A DNA stretch of 59,082 nucleotides, taken from positions 1 through 59,082 of the forward strand of contig JAJCXQ010000499.1 in assembly GCA_029263355.1 (NCBI GenBank). The letters are read 5' to 3'. A model generated the notes under the pieces. That model was not told the DNA's origin. It was given only the letters and a program-made list of their open reading frames with translations, and did no database searches. The stretch comes from Acidobacteriota bacterium (GTDB taxonomy: Bacteria > Acidobacteriota > Thermoanaerobaculia > Multivoradales > J023). A program made the position numbers and the translations under genes. This document shows, in pieces, positions 24,100 to 33,946 of this stretch (position 1 is the stretch's first letter; each line of letters opens with the position of its first letter).

Positions 24100-25146
24100 C
24101 TACTTGCCGCGGCCTTCTCGGGCCCAGCGTTGTCTCCAGTATTGCTTCTGCCACCGGTTGACATTGCGATTGTGATCGCGAAGGTTCTCGGCAAAGACAT
24201 GAGTTCCGTCGTTGCGACTCACGAAGTAGAGTTCTTTGCTCTCGGCGGGATCCGCGGCGGCGATCAGGCTCGCAACGCCAGGTGAGCAGATCGGCCCCGG
24301 CGGCAAGCCGGGATAGACATAGGTGTTGTAGGGTGAGTCAATCTTGAGGTCCGACTTCCTGAGGTTGCCGTCCCAGTCGCCCATGCGTTTGAACGCGTAG
24401 ATCACCGTCGGATCGGCATAGAGACCCATGCCGATGCGTAGCCGGTTGGCGTAGACGCCCGCGATCCGTGCCCGTTCGTCGCCGACCTGCGCTTCCTTCT
24501 CGACAATACTGGCCAAGGTGACGATCTCACGGACTGTCCGTCGCTTCGGGCCCCGCAACAAGGGCTCGACCTCACTGAAGCGTTGACGAAAGGTGCGAAG
24601 CATGGTGGCGACGATCTCTGCCGGAGAAGTGCCGCGAGAAAAATGGTATGTGTCGGGGTAGAGGTAACCCTCGAGATCGGTTGCCATGGGATCCAAATCG
24701 GCGATCAAGTCGCTGCGTCCCATCTCCCGCCGCAGCGTTTCGAAATCACCGAAACCCTTGCCGGCCAAAACGTCAGCGATCTCGTCGAGAGTCAGCCCCT
24801 CGATCACTGTTACGGGATACGTCAGAACCTGTCCTTGGATCAGTTTGTCGAGTACCTGAGGTGTACTCAGCGCCTCGTCGAAACGGTACTCTCCAGCTTT
24901 CAGCGACGGATCTCCGAGACGGTAGACCAGAAAGGCGCGAGCTAGCCGAGCGTCCAGCAAGACGCCTCGGGTCTCGAGCTCGCGGAGAATCGCCCCAGCG
25001 CTCGATCCGGATTCGACGGTGACCAACAGTTCGTTTGCGTAGTCGCGGAAGGGTTGGTTCAGGATCTGCCAGAACCAACTGCCGACAGCGGTCATCGCCA
25101 CCGCGACGATCAAGATCAAGAGAACCAGCCAACGTCGCCACGTCAT
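24100..25146 (-). CDS. mltG: endolytic murein transglycosylase MltG (YceG family)
   Basis: An N-terminal TM segment is present. YceG signatures are SPYNTYVYPGLPPGPICSPG and ELYFVSRNDGTHVFAENLRDHN. Confidence 0.9.
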   Translation of the reverse strand: MTWRRWLVLLILIVAVAMTAVGSWFWQILNQPFRDYANELLVTVESGSSAGAILRELETRGVLLDARLARAFLVYRLGDPSLKAGEYRFDEALSTPQVLDKLIQGQVLTYPVTVIEGLTLDEIADVLAGKGFGDFETLRREMGRSDLIADLDPMATDLEGYLYPDTYHFSRGTSPAEIVATMLRTFRQRFSEVEPLLRGPKRRTVREIVTLASIVEKEAQVGDERARIAGVYANRLRIGMGLYADPTVIYAFKRMGDWDGNLRKSDLKIDSPYNTYVYPGLPPGPICSPGVASLIAAADPAESKELYFVSRNDGTHVFAENLRDHNRNVNRWQKQYWRQRWAREGRGK

Positions 25147-25619
25147 GGTTGAGCCACCCCCGCGTCCAAGGCTTCCTGCAGGATAATCTGAGCCGCCACC
25201 GCGTCGATCTGCTGACGTGCTGATCTGGTGTGACTCTCGCGCAGGCGTTGGCTCGCTTCGACGGTCGTCAAAGACTCATTGATCCAATAGATCGGCAAGC
25301 CGCTAGCCTTGGCTAAACGTTGGCCGAAACGTCGCACCCTTTGCGCAGCCTCGCCAGCGCTGCCGTCGAGCCCGAGGGGTTCGCCCAGCACCAGCACTTC
25401 GACATCATTTTGCCGCGCCAACTCGACGATCTGATAAGCGGCTCGCCGATCGGTCTGCCGCCGAATCGTCGTCAAAGGCAAGGCCCAGCGGCCGACGTCG
25501 TCCGAAACCGCGAGGCCGATTCGTTCTTCTCCAAAATCGATTCCGAGAGCTCGCAAGAATCGTCCATTTGAACAGTTGGGTTGGGCTAGGCTAAGAGCGA
25601 CCGTGTCCGACGGACACAT
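25143..25619 (-). CDS. ruvX: Holliday junction resolvase-like protein RuvX (YqgF)
   Basis: Motifs are LGIDFGEERIGLAVSD and VLVLGEPLGLDGS. The start is uncertain: the ATG at 25619 lies in a small hairpin, and TTG at 25556 would give a typical length. The 3' end overlaps the mltG start by 4 nt. Confidence 0.8.
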   Translation of the reverse strand: MCPSDTVALSLAQPNCSNGRFLRALGIDFGEERIGLAVSDDVGRWALPLTTIRRQTDRRAAYQIVELARQNDVEVLVLGEPLGLDGSAGEAAQRVRRFGQRLAKASGLPIYWINESLTTVEASQRLRESHTRSARQQIDAVAAQIILQEALDAGVAQP

Positions 25620-25821
25620 GCTAGCCCGTCAGCCGTTTTTTAGCTAACATCGGACTCTCCGAAATGGCCCCCGCGACATCGGCGGCTCCATTAGCCAAGG
25701 GCTCGAATTCGCGGTCGAGCACGCAGTTCCACGATGATTCTAATAGACCTCGAAGCTCCGCAGCCCGAGTGCTCGATCCCCAGCATCCAACTTCCCGGAA
25801 GTCCGGTTCTCAGGAGATTTT

Positions 25822-26997
25822 ATGCAGGAGATTGCCATCTTGAGTGCTATTCGTACGCCTGTCGGGTCTTTTCAAGGCTCGTTGGCGTCGCTGCGCGCTC
25901 CAGATCTCGGTGCTAAGGCCTTGACAGCAGCCTTTTCCAAGGCAGAAGTCACGGCCGACGAGATCAATCAGGTTTATATGGGCTGTGTTCTGCCCGCCGG
26001 TTTGGGGCAAGCCCCCGCTCGCCAAGCGGCGATCGGCGCCGGTTGCCCGACATCGACGGGCGCGTTGACCCTCAACAAGGTGTGCGGATCCGGTATGCGG
26101 GCCATCATGACGGCCGCCAACGATCTGCGGTGTGGTGACTTCCAGGTCGTGGCGGCAGGGGGCATGGAGAATATGAGCCAGGCCCCATACTTGGCGCCGG
26201 GTATCCGTGACGGTCTGCGGTTGGGGCACGGTAAGCTGGTTGATTCCATGGTCCACGATGGTCTCTGGGATGCTTACAAAGACATCCATATGGGTAGCTG
26301 CGCTGAGATGTGCGCAGCACGGTATTCCTTCGGCCGTGAAGAGCAAGATGCCTATGCTCAGGAGAGTTATCGTCGAGCTCAGGACGCGATCGCCAAGGGT
26401 CGTCTGGCCTCGGAGGTTGTTCCGGTCGAGGTCCCACAGCGTCGAGGCGAGCCGCTCGTGGTATCGATCGACGAAGAGCCAGGACGAGCGAATTTCGCCA
26501 AAATGTCGAAGTTGCGTCCAGCCTTCGACAAGGCGGGTACGATCACCGCCGCCAACGCCAGTACGATCAACGACGGGGCCGCTGCCTTGGTGTTGACGAC
26601 AGCAGATCACGCTCGCCAGCTCGGGCGAAAGCCGCTGGCCCGGATCGTGGCGCATTCGACATTCGCTCATGATCCAGAGTGGTTCACGACCGCGCCGGTG
26701 ACCGCCATCGAACAGGTTTTGGGTCGCGCCGGTCTGACCGTCGAGGATATCGACCTGTTCGAGATCAACGAGGCGTTCGCGGTGGTAGCGATGGCTGCGA
26801 TCCGTGAGCTCGAGCTCGACCCGTCGCGTGTCAATGTCAATGGCGGCGCGATAGCCTTGGGGCATCCGATCGGCGCTTCCGGAGCTCGGATCGTGGTTAC
26901 GCTACTGCACGCGATGGAACAACACTCGGCACGCCGCGGTTGTGCGGCGATCTGCTTAGGGGGTGGCGAGGCTACCGCCATCATTGTCGAGCGCTGA
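25822..26997 (+). CDS. acetyl-CoA C-acetyltransferase (thiolase II type)
   Basis: Motifs are AILSAIRTPVGSFQGSL, the active-site [28 protein letters not shown] and CLGGGEATA. The RBS caggaga lies upstream. Confidence 0.9.
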   Translation: MQEIAILSAIRTPVGSFQGSLASLRAPDLGAKALTAAFSKAEVTADEINQVYMGCVLPAGLGQAPARQAAIGAGCPTSTGALTLNKVCGSGMRAIMTAANDLRCGDFQVVAAGGMENMSQAPYLAPGIRDGLRLGHGKLVDSMVHDGLWDAYKDIHMGSCAEMCAARYSFGREEQDAYAQESYRRAQDAIAKGRLASEVVPVEVPQRRGEPLVVSIDEEPGRANFAKMSKLRPAFDKAGTITAANASTINDGAAALVLTTADHARQLGRKPLARIVAHSTFAHDPEWFTTAPVTAIEQVLGRAGLTVEDIDLFEINEAFAVVAMAAIRELELDPSRVNVNGGAIALGHPIGASGARIVVTLLHAMEQHSARRGCAAICLGGGEATAIIVER

Positions 26998-27031
26998 GCG
27001 AATGCGTGTTTCCCAACCTGACGAGATCTTG

Positions 27032-29440
27032 ATGAAACGATACCTGCTGCCCCTCTTGTCGCTAGTGTTCGTCCTGCTGGTCAGCCCAGTCCGCGCACAG
27101 GTCGAGCCGTCGATCGACGTTGATTCTGCCGCGGCGACCAACAAGGTCGAGGAACAAGATCAGATCAAGTTCGACTATGCGCTCGGCGGCGAGGGCGGAG
27201 GCCGCGCCACCGGAACTGCTGGCAATATCGAATACGAACGTGACGTTTATCTGATCGCGACCGGCGGCGTGGACTTCAAGTATCAGAGCTTGAGGCTACA
27301 AGCGGAGCGTGTACGGGTCGATATTCCGACCAATTTTCTGACTGCCGAAGGCGACGTGATCCTCGACGAAGGAGCTCAGCGCTTGGTGGGTAGCACCATC
27401 GAATACGACCTGGATACTCGCACCGGCCGAGTGACTGAAGCGCAGGCTTACCTCGATGGCGACTACTACATCACAGGATCGCAGATTGCCAAGACGGGCG
27501 ATCTCACCTTCACGATCGACGATGGAGTTCTGACGTCCTGCGAGCAGGACGTGCCTAGCTGGAGCATCCACATGTCGGAGGCGCGAGTCACTCTCGAAGA
27601 GTATGCTCGCATCAAGAACGCGCGGCTGAAGTTCAAAAAACTGCCAGTTTTCTATTCGCCGTATCTTCTCTGGCCGGCGAATACCGAGCGTGCGTCGGGA
27701 TTCTTGGTTCCCAAGCCGGGCTACTCTCAGCGGCGCGGCGGGGAGCTTGGCCTGGCTTACTACAAGACCCTGGGGCGAAGCGCGGACACGACGTTCGTGC
27801 TCGACCTGTCGACGGATGGCTACGTCGGTTTCGGCAACGAAGTTCGTTACCGTCCCTCCGCGGTCACTTCAGGCTTGTTCAAGGCGTACATCTTGAAAGA
27901 GGCGACAGATGCGGACCCCAGATTCTTCAGCAATCAGTTCGACACCACAGTACCGGGGGACGAACGCTGGAAAGTAGAGTTCCTGCATGAAACCAAGGAC
28001 ATATGGGGCGGCTTTCGTGGGGTGGTCTCCCTACAGGAATACTCCGACTTGGATTACCTTCAAGACTACGAGCGGGATGCCAATGTCCAGAGCCGGTCGT
28101 TCATCTATTCAAACGCCTTCTTGACGAAGAACTTCGGCCCACACTCTTTGAACTTCATGATCGATCAGCGCGAGCGTTTGTTGGCTCCCAGATCGAAGGA
28201 TGTCCGGCGACAACTTCCTGAGATCGAATACCAACTGCGGAAGTTCAGACTGGGGCGGTCACAGATCTATCTGGACCTTGCAACAGCGTTGAATTACTTC
28301 TCGGTCGACATCGGCGTGCCAGACCCGAACTCCGACACCGCGGTGTTAGGAGAGCCCGAAGAATACGGGCGCGTGGACATTGCACCGAACCTATCGATTC
28401 CGCTCAGCAGCTTGCCGTGGCTCGGAGCGGAAGTCGAGCTCGGTGGGCGGGCGACACACTACACCGACTCGTTACAGGCGAACGCCACAGGCGGTTCAGA
28501 GTTTGCGGGCAAATCTTTGACTCGCACGTTTCCCCGTGCCGGTTTCAACATCATCGGCCCGAGCATCTCTCGTATCTTCGACAAGAAGATCGGAGCGTTC
28601 AGCAAGTTCAAGCACATCGTCGAGCCGCGTACCGTTTATAGTTTTGTCGGCGATTTTGACGAACAGGACTCCATCTTCAGGTTTGACGAGATCGACAATC
28701 TGACACCGGCCAACGGCTTGCTGTTCTCGGTCACCAATCGCATTGTCGCCAAACCGGCGCCGAAAGACGACGAGGAAGAGATTCAAGGCGGTGCGGTCGA
28801 AATCGCTTCATTGGTGGTTAGCCAGGGCTTGAGCCTCGACAAGACGCAACCGGGGCAGAGGTCTACGGAAGATGCAACCGTGCAGACGGATGAGGGGCCC
28901 TTGGGCGTCGCCCTGCGAATCAACCCAAGTGCTGTGACGAGTATTCGGCTCGATGCAGGCTTCAGCACGTTATTCGATTCGGTCGAGATTCAATCGCTGA
29001 GACTGAGTGGCTCGACCATGCTGGGACGGCACAATTTTGGCCTCTCATTGTTTACTGATTGGAAGGTCGATTTTGAACGCGAGCTGGATTCTGTGACAGG
29101 GGCGCTTCTGCCTCTGCCTCCTATCGATGAACGCGTCGTGGTGAGCGAGAAGCGAAGCGAGCAGCTCCGAGTCTTCACCAAGCTGGCGCTTTTGCCTGAG
29201 AGATTGAGTCTCGAGGCAGAGATCAGTTTCGATGTGGAGGGGCGAGAAGATGTTGTCGGCGGTCGCAGCCCATGGGAAATCTTGCAACAGAGATACTTTC
29301 TCAACTGGACTTCCCAGTGTTACGCCTGGCAGCTCGAGTATCGCGAGTCAAACTTCCAAGAAATTCCGGATAGAGATATTCGATTCTCATTAACGCTCAA
29401 AAATGTGGGGACGTTCCTGGATCTGAACGACTCCTTCTGA
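27032..29440 (+). CDS. lptD: LPS-assembly outer-membrane protein LptD (OstA family)
   Basis: The start is taken at ATG 27032, giving the signal peptide MKRYLLPLLSLVFVLLVSPVRAQ. The OstA-like N-domain is LTAEGDVILDEGAQRLVGSTIEYDLDTRTGRV. A long beta-rich C-terminal region follows. Confidence 0.8.
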   Translation: MKRYLLPLLSLVFVLLVSPVRAQVEPSIDVDSAAATNKVEEQDQIKFDYALGGEGGGRATGTAGNIEYERDVYLIATGGVDFKYQSLRLQAERVRVDIPTNFLTAEGDVILDEGAQRLVGSTIEYDLDTRTGRVTEAQAYLDGDYYITGSQIAKTGDLTFTIDDGVLTSCEQDVPSWSIHMSEARVTLEEYARIKNARLKFKKLPVFYSPYLLWPANTERASGFLVPKPGYSQRRGGELGLAYYKTLGRSADTTFVLDLSTDGYVGFGNEVRYRPSAVTSGLFKAYILKEATDADPRFFSNQFDTTVPGDERWKVEFLHETKDIWGGFRGVVSLQEYSDLDYLQDYERDANVQSRSFIYSNAFLTKNFGPHSLNFMIDQRERLLAPRSKDVRRQLPEIEYQLRKFRLGRSQIYLDLATALNYFSVDIGVPDPNSDTAVLGEPEEYGRVDIAPNLSIPLSSLPWLGAEVELGGRATHYTDSLQANATGGSEFAGKSLTRTFPRAGFNIIGPSISRIFDKKIGAFSKFKHIVEPRTVYSFVGDFDEQDSIFRFDEIDNLTPANGLLFSVTNRIVAKPAPKDDEEEIQGGAVEIASLVVSQGLSLDKTQPGQRSTEDATVQTDEGPLGVALRINPSAVTSIRLDAGFSTLFDSVEIQSLRLSGSTMLGRHNFGLSLFTDWKVDFERELDSVTGALLPLPPIDERVVVSEKRSEQLRVFTKLALLPERLSLEAEISFDVEGREDVVGGRSPWEILQQRYFLNWTSQCYAWQLEYRESNFQEIPDRDIRFSLTLKNVGTFLDLNDSF

Positions 29441-29510
29441 GCCAGATATTCTCCGCCTCTTCTACGAGGCGAGGCCCTCCCCTTGCTTTAGATTCAAAGG
29501 ACTTGACCAT

Positions 29511-30581
29511 ATGAAGGGATTGATTCTCTCCGGCGGCAAAGGCACACGCCTGCGACCGCTGACCTACACATCAGCCAAGCAATTGGTGCCGGTTGCCAAC
29601 AAGCCGGTGCTCTTCTTCGGTATCGAATCGATCGTTGCTTCGGGTATCACTGAAATAGGCATTATCGTCGGTGAGACCAAGGACGAGATTCGGGCGGCGG
29701 TCGGGGATGGTTCTCAGTTTGGCGCCCAGGTCACCTACATAGAGCAGGACGCTCCTCGCGGTTTGGCCCATGCGGTGATGATTGCCGAAGAGTTCATCGG
29801 TGACGATTCATTTGTCATGTATCTAGGGGACAACTTGATTGCCGGTGGCATCACTAGCCTAGTTAGGGAGTTCGAAGAGCTTGGGTGTAACGCTGAGATC
29901 TTGCTCGCTGAAGTACCCAATCCACAACAATTTGGCGTCGCTGAGCTCAATGAAGACGGCACCGTCCGACGATTGGTAGAAAAGCCCCCGGAGCCACGCA
30001 GCAATCTCGCCTTGGTCGGCGTTTACATGTTTGACGCCAACATCTTCGAGTCCGTGCGTCGTATCAAGCCGTCGAAGCGAAACGAGCTCGAGATCACCGA
30101 CGCGATTCAAGATCTCATCGACCGGGGGTACGAAGTCCATCCGCACAAGGTACGTGGTTGGTGGAAAGACACTGGCAAGCTCGCTGACATGCTAGAGGCC
30201 AATAGGATCGTGCTCGAATCGTTTGACGTCCAGCGCGGCCCGGGCAAGATCGGCAAGGGTAGCAGCGTCGAAGGCAGAGTGTCGCTGGGCGAGGGGGTCG
30301 AGCTCGTCGATTCGTTGGTGCGAGGTCCAGCGGTCATCGGTGCGGGGACTCGCCTGGAGAACGCATTCGTCGGTCCGTACTCATCAATCGGTGAAAACTG
30401 CGAGCTGGTGCGTTGTGAGATTGAGAATTCGATCGTCCTGTCGGGCAGCGAGATCCGTGACATTGGGCTTCGGATCGACGGCTCACTCGTGGGGCGCAAT
30501 GTTCGGATTGTGAAGACCGACTTCAAACCCAAAGCCTATCGGTTCATGCTCGGTGACAATTCCGAAGTCGGGATCACTTGA
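29511..30581 (+). CDS. glucose-1-phosphate thymidylyltransferase-like sugar nucleotidyltransferase (long form with a C-terminal left-handed beta-helix)
   Basis: The nucleotidyltransferase motif is GLILSGGKGTRLRPLTYTSAKQLVPV. The C-terminal region has hexapeptide-repeat character. Confidence 0.8.
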   Translation: MKGLILSGGKGTRLRPLTYTSAKQLVPVANKPVLFFGIESIVASGITEIGIIVGETKDEIRAAVGDGSQFGAQVTYIEQDAPRGLAHAVMIAEEFIGDDSFVMYLGDNLIAGGITSLVREFEELGCNAEILLAEVPNPQQFGVAELNEDGTVRRLVEKPPEPRSNLALVGVYMFDANIFESVRRIKPSKRNELEITDAIQDLIDRGYEVHPHKVRGWWKDTGKLADMLEANRIVLESFDVQRGPGKIGKGSSVEGRVSLGEGVELVDSLVRGPAVIGAGTRLENAFVGPYSSIGENCELVRCEIENSIVLSGSEIRDIGLRIDGSLVGRNVRIVKTDFKPKAYRFMLGDNSEVGIT

Positions 30582-30609
30582 ATTTCCAACGGACATTTCG
30601 AACTAAATC

Positions 30610-31443
30610 ATGAGAGCTCTTGTTCTTGGAGGTACCGGCATGCTGGGGGCCGCCGTCACCGCGCATTGGCGACGGCGACAACGGGCTGTCCTCGCGCTCG
30701 GGCATGCGCAGGCTGATATTTGCAATCGACACCAGCTGAGTGAATGGGCTTCGAACTTCAACCCCGAGGTCATCATCAACTGCGCGGCGTTTACGCAGGT
30801 TGATCGCTGCGAGACAGAGCGCCAGGTCGCCCTCGAGATCAATGGATCCGCCGTCGCCAACGTGGTAGCAGCCGCGCAGCAGGTCGGGGCTCGTCTGATC
30901 CACATTTCGAGTGATTACGTCTTCGATGGCACCGCGACGAGCCCCTATGTCGAAGGCACTTCGACGGGCCCGACGTCGGTCTATGGTGAGAGCAAGCTGC
31001 TCGGAGAGGTGGAGGCCCTGAAGTATCCGCGGTCACTCGTGGTGCGTGCGAGCTGGCTGTTTGGTCCGGGAGGAGCCAATTTCGTGACCACGATGCGCCG
31101 CCTGATGACTCAGGGTAACGGACCATTGCGGGTCGTGGACGATCAAGTGGGCTGCCCGACTTACACTCCGTTTCTGGCAAGAGCACTTTGGGACCTTGCC
31201 CACATTGGTCTCAATGGCGTCGTCCATTATTGCAACCGGGAGGCTATCTCCTGGCATGGATTCGCTACTGAGATCGGTCTCTTTGTGGCTCCGGAGACCA
31301 AGGTGATTCCGGTTCCCACAACCGAATTCCCGAGACCTGCCCCACGGCCGGCATACTCGGTACTCTCGACAAGTCATTTTGAAGCCACCGTTGGTCGCCG
31401 GGTAGAGCCCTGGAATGCCGGCTTGGCGACATATCTGCAATAG
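30610..31443 (+). CDS. rmlD: dTDP-4-dehydrorhamnose reductase
   Basis: Motifs are LVLGGTGMLG, INCAAFTQVDRCE, SSDYVFDG and YGESK. Confidence 0.8.
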   Translation: MRALVLGGTGMLGAAVTAHWRRRQRAVLALGHAQADICNRHQLSEWASNFNPEVIINCAAFTQVDRCETERQVALEINGSAVANVVAAAQQVGARLIHISSDYVFDGTATSPYVEGTSTGPTSVYGESKLLGEVEALKYPRSLVVRASWLFGPGGANFVTTMRRLMTQGNGPLRVVDDQVGCPTYTPFLARALWDLAHIGLNGVVHYCNREAISWHGFATEIGLFVAPETKVIPVPTTEFPRPAPRPAYSVLSTSHFEATVGRRVEPWNAGLATYLQ

Positions 31444-31453
31444 GAGAAGACTC

Positions 31454-32422
31454 ATGAAAGCTTTGATTACCGGTATCACCGGTTTTGCCGGCTCTCATCT
31501 GGCCGAATATCTGCTCGAGCACCAACCGCAAGTCGACATCGTCGGCAACCGGCGTTGGCGCAGCCCGATGGAGAACATCTCTCACCTCGAAGGCAAGTTG
31601 GAGTTAGTGGAGGCGGACCTCACAGACTACAACTCGGTCTATCGAATGCTCGAACAGACCAGGCCCGACTACATTTTTCATCTGGCGGCGCAAAGCTTTG
31701 TACCGACCAGCTGGAACGCTCCGGCCGCAACCCTCGACACCAATGTTCTGGGACAGACACACCTTTTCGAAGCGGTTCGCGCGTTGTCTCTGGACCCGTC
31801 CATTCAGATCGCATGCTCCAGCGAGGAGTACGGGCTAGTTCTGCCTGATGAAACGCCGATCAAGGAGACCAATCCGCTGAGACCGTTGTCGACCTATGCT
31901 GTTTCCAAGATCGCTCAAGACTATCTCGGATATCAATACTTCCAGAGTTATGGCATCAAGGCCATACGCACTCGTGGGTTCAACCACACGGGACCACGAC
32001 GCGGTGAGGTCTTCGTCACTTCAAACTTCGCCAAGCAGCTGGCTCGAATCAAGGCCGGCCTAAACGAGCCGATCATTCGAGTAGGTAATCTCGAAGCGAT
32101 CCGCGACTTCACCGACGTTCGGGACATGGTTCGCGCTTACTGGCTGGCCGTGACCCGCGCCAAACCAGGCGAGGTCTACAACATCGCGACGGGCAATGGC
32201 ATTGTTATTCAAGACCTGCTCAACCGGCTCATCGAATTGACCGATGTCGATGTACAGATTAAAGAGGATCCCGAGCGCATGCGCCCGTCAGACGTCGAGA
32301 TACTGATTGGAGATAGCTCCAAGTTCCGGGCTGATACGGGTTGGGAGCCGCAGATTCCTTTCGACAAAACTTTGAGTGACATCGTCGACTATTGGCGGGA
32401 GCGGGTTGCTGCCGGCAACTAG
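31454..32422 (+). CDS. SDR-family NAD-dependent sugar epimerase/dehydratase (GDP-mannose dehydratase/reductase-like)
   Basis: The start is taken at ATG 31454 (RBS aggaga at 31443-31448). Motifs are ALITGITGFAGSHLAEYLL, YAVSK and GFNHTGPRRGEVFVTSNFAKQLARI. Confidence 0.75.
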   Translation: MKALITGITGFAGSHLAEYLLEHQPQVDIVGNRRWRSPMENISHLEGKLELVEADLTDYNSVYRMLEQTRPDYIFHLAAQSFVPTSWNAPAATLDTNVLGQTHLFEAVRALSLDPSIQIACSSEEYGLVLPDETPIKETNPLRPLSTYAVSKIAQDYLGYQYFQSYGIKAIRTRGFNHTGPRRGEVFVTSNFAKQLARIKAGLNEPIIRVGNLEAIRDFTDVRDMVRAYWLAVTRAKPGEVYNIATGNGIVIQDLLNRLIELTDVDVQIKEDPERMRPSDVEILIGDSSKFRADTGWEPQIPFDKTLSDIVDYWRERVAAGN

Positions 32423-32425
32423 ACG

Positions 32426-33322
32426 ATGCGTGTCCTCATCACCGGCATTTGTGGCTTTGTCGGTCGCCACCTTGCCCGCCGACTGACCGAGGTCGGGTAC
32501 GATGTCTACGGTCTGTCACTGAAGGTGGCGCATGATGTCGATGCTGTCACCATCTATGCGGTGGATATATGTGATCGGGACGAGGTTGCTGCAGCCATCG
32601 CCGCTAGCGAGCCCGACGCCGTGGTCCATTTGGCCGGGCTGGCTAGGCCACGGGCCGACAGACCGGCTGATGAGTTCGTGCAAGTCAATGTCGAAGGGAC
32701 CAGAAATGTTGTGGAGGCCCTTGGCCTGCAAAAGATTCGTCGGATCGTGTTGGCGTCGAGTGGGCAGGTATACGGTCAAGTCGAGCCATCTCTCCAACCG
32801 ATCGATGAGACTCAGGTTCGCGCTCCGCGTGGTGTCTACGCTGAGAGCAAGGCAGCAGCCGAAGATATCGTGCTCAGCCACCCAGCCGGTATCGTTGTTC
32901 GGTCGTTCAACAGCATCGGCTGCGGCCAGCCACAGGGTTTTGCCCTCCCAGATTTCGCCTATCAACTCGCCGAGATCAAGTCGGGGCGTCGCGAGATCCT
33001 GAACTGTGGCAACCTAGAATCGAGGCTCGATTTTCTCCATGTCAGCGATGCGGTGGAGGGTTACCGTACAGTCCTCGAGCATGGTCAGCCCGGAGAAATC
33101 TACAACCTGGCCAGCGGCGTAGACCGATTGATGCAGGAGATGCTGGATCTGCTTATGGATGTGGCAGGAGTGCACGCCACAGTCAACGCTGGGGGCAACA
33201 AGCCTGCCATCAGTTTGCTCAAAGGCGACACACGGCGACTGCGCACGTTGGGCTGGGCGCCAACTCATACTGTCGAAGAGGCTCTTAGGGACCTTTGGGA
33301 AGAAGTGGTAGCTCAGGGCTGA
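32426..33322 (+). CDS. SDR-family NAD-dependent epimerase/dehydratase (second copy, reductase-like)
   Basis: Motifs are VLITGICGFVGRHLARRL and YAESK. The gene starts 3 nt after the upstream stop. Confidence 0.7.
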   Translation: MRVLITGICGFVGRHLARRLTEVGYDVYGLSLKVAHDVDAVTIYAVDICDRDEVAAAIAASEPDAVVHLAGLARPRADRPADEFVQVNVEGTRNVVEALGLQKIRRIVLASSGQVYGQVEPSLQPIDETQVRAPRGVYAESKAAAEDIVLSHPAGIVVRSFNSIGCGQPQGFALPDFAYQLAEIKSGRREILNCGNLESRLDFLHVSDAVEGYRTVLEHGQPGEIYNLASGVDRLMQEMLDLLMDVAGVHATVNAGGNKPAISLLKGDTRRLRTLGWAPTHTVEEALRDLWEEVVAQG

Positions 33323-33385
33323 CTCGGAGGTCTCGGTGCCGTACAGCTGAACCGGTATTTCACGAAAGGCGCGGATCCGAAAATC

Positions 33386-33946
33386 ATGACAGATCAACAA
33401 ACATCAGCTCAGCCCGTCGAAGTCATCGCGACCGGTATGCCGGATCACGAGGCCGACGCTTTGCCCAGTACCGGGTTGTTGAGTTTCTACGATCGGTTGC
33501 GACACAACATCGCTCAGACAGTCGGGCGCCGTGGCGGCAAACTCGGGCAGCGAGCGGCATCAACTTTGTTACTCGTTCCCGATGTCTTCATGCTGTTGGT
33601 TCGACTGTCGATCGATAAGAACGTCCCTAAGGCATCACGCGCCGTTTTGGCGAGCACGCTAGCCTATTTCGTCTTACCCTTCGACCTGATGCCCGAGGGA
33701 TTGGTCGGTCCGGTGGGCTATCTCGACGATCTGGCTCTCGCCTTGATGGCGCTTTCGCAAGCCTTCGGCAAGGATCTCGAGATGTTCGCCGAGAAGCACT
33801 GGAGCGGTCCACAGTCGTTTCGTACGGTGTTGAGCGATGCTCTGGTGACTGCCAACGGCCTGCTTGGGAACAGTCTCTACGACCGATTGCAGCGCCTCAT
33901 GGAGAAAAGAGGTATCGAACTGAACGAGTTGCCGCCGAGTGGTTAA
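33386..33946 (+). CDS. DUF1232 (YkvA-like) membrane protein
   Basis: The family pattern is LLLVPDVFMLLVRLSIDKNVPKASRAVLASTLAYFVLPFDLMPEGLVGPVGYLDDLALALMAL. Confidence 0.7.
   Translation: MTDQQTSAQPVEVIATGMPDHEADALPSTGLLSFYDRLRHNIAQTVGRRGGKLGQRAASTLLLVPDVFMLLVRLSIDKNVPKASRAVLASTLAYFVLPFDLMPEGLVGPVGYLDDLALALMALSQAFGKDLEMFAEKHWSGPQSFRTVLSDALVTANGLLGNSLYDRLQRLMEKRGIELNELPPSG

Noticed and set aside
25810-26865. 351-aa ORF on the minus strand, antisense to the thiolase gene
   Set aside because: It overlaps a gene with unmistakable thiolase motifs in the opposite frame. Its translation is Arg/Gly/His-rich with no motifs. This is a typical high-GC antisense shadow ORF.
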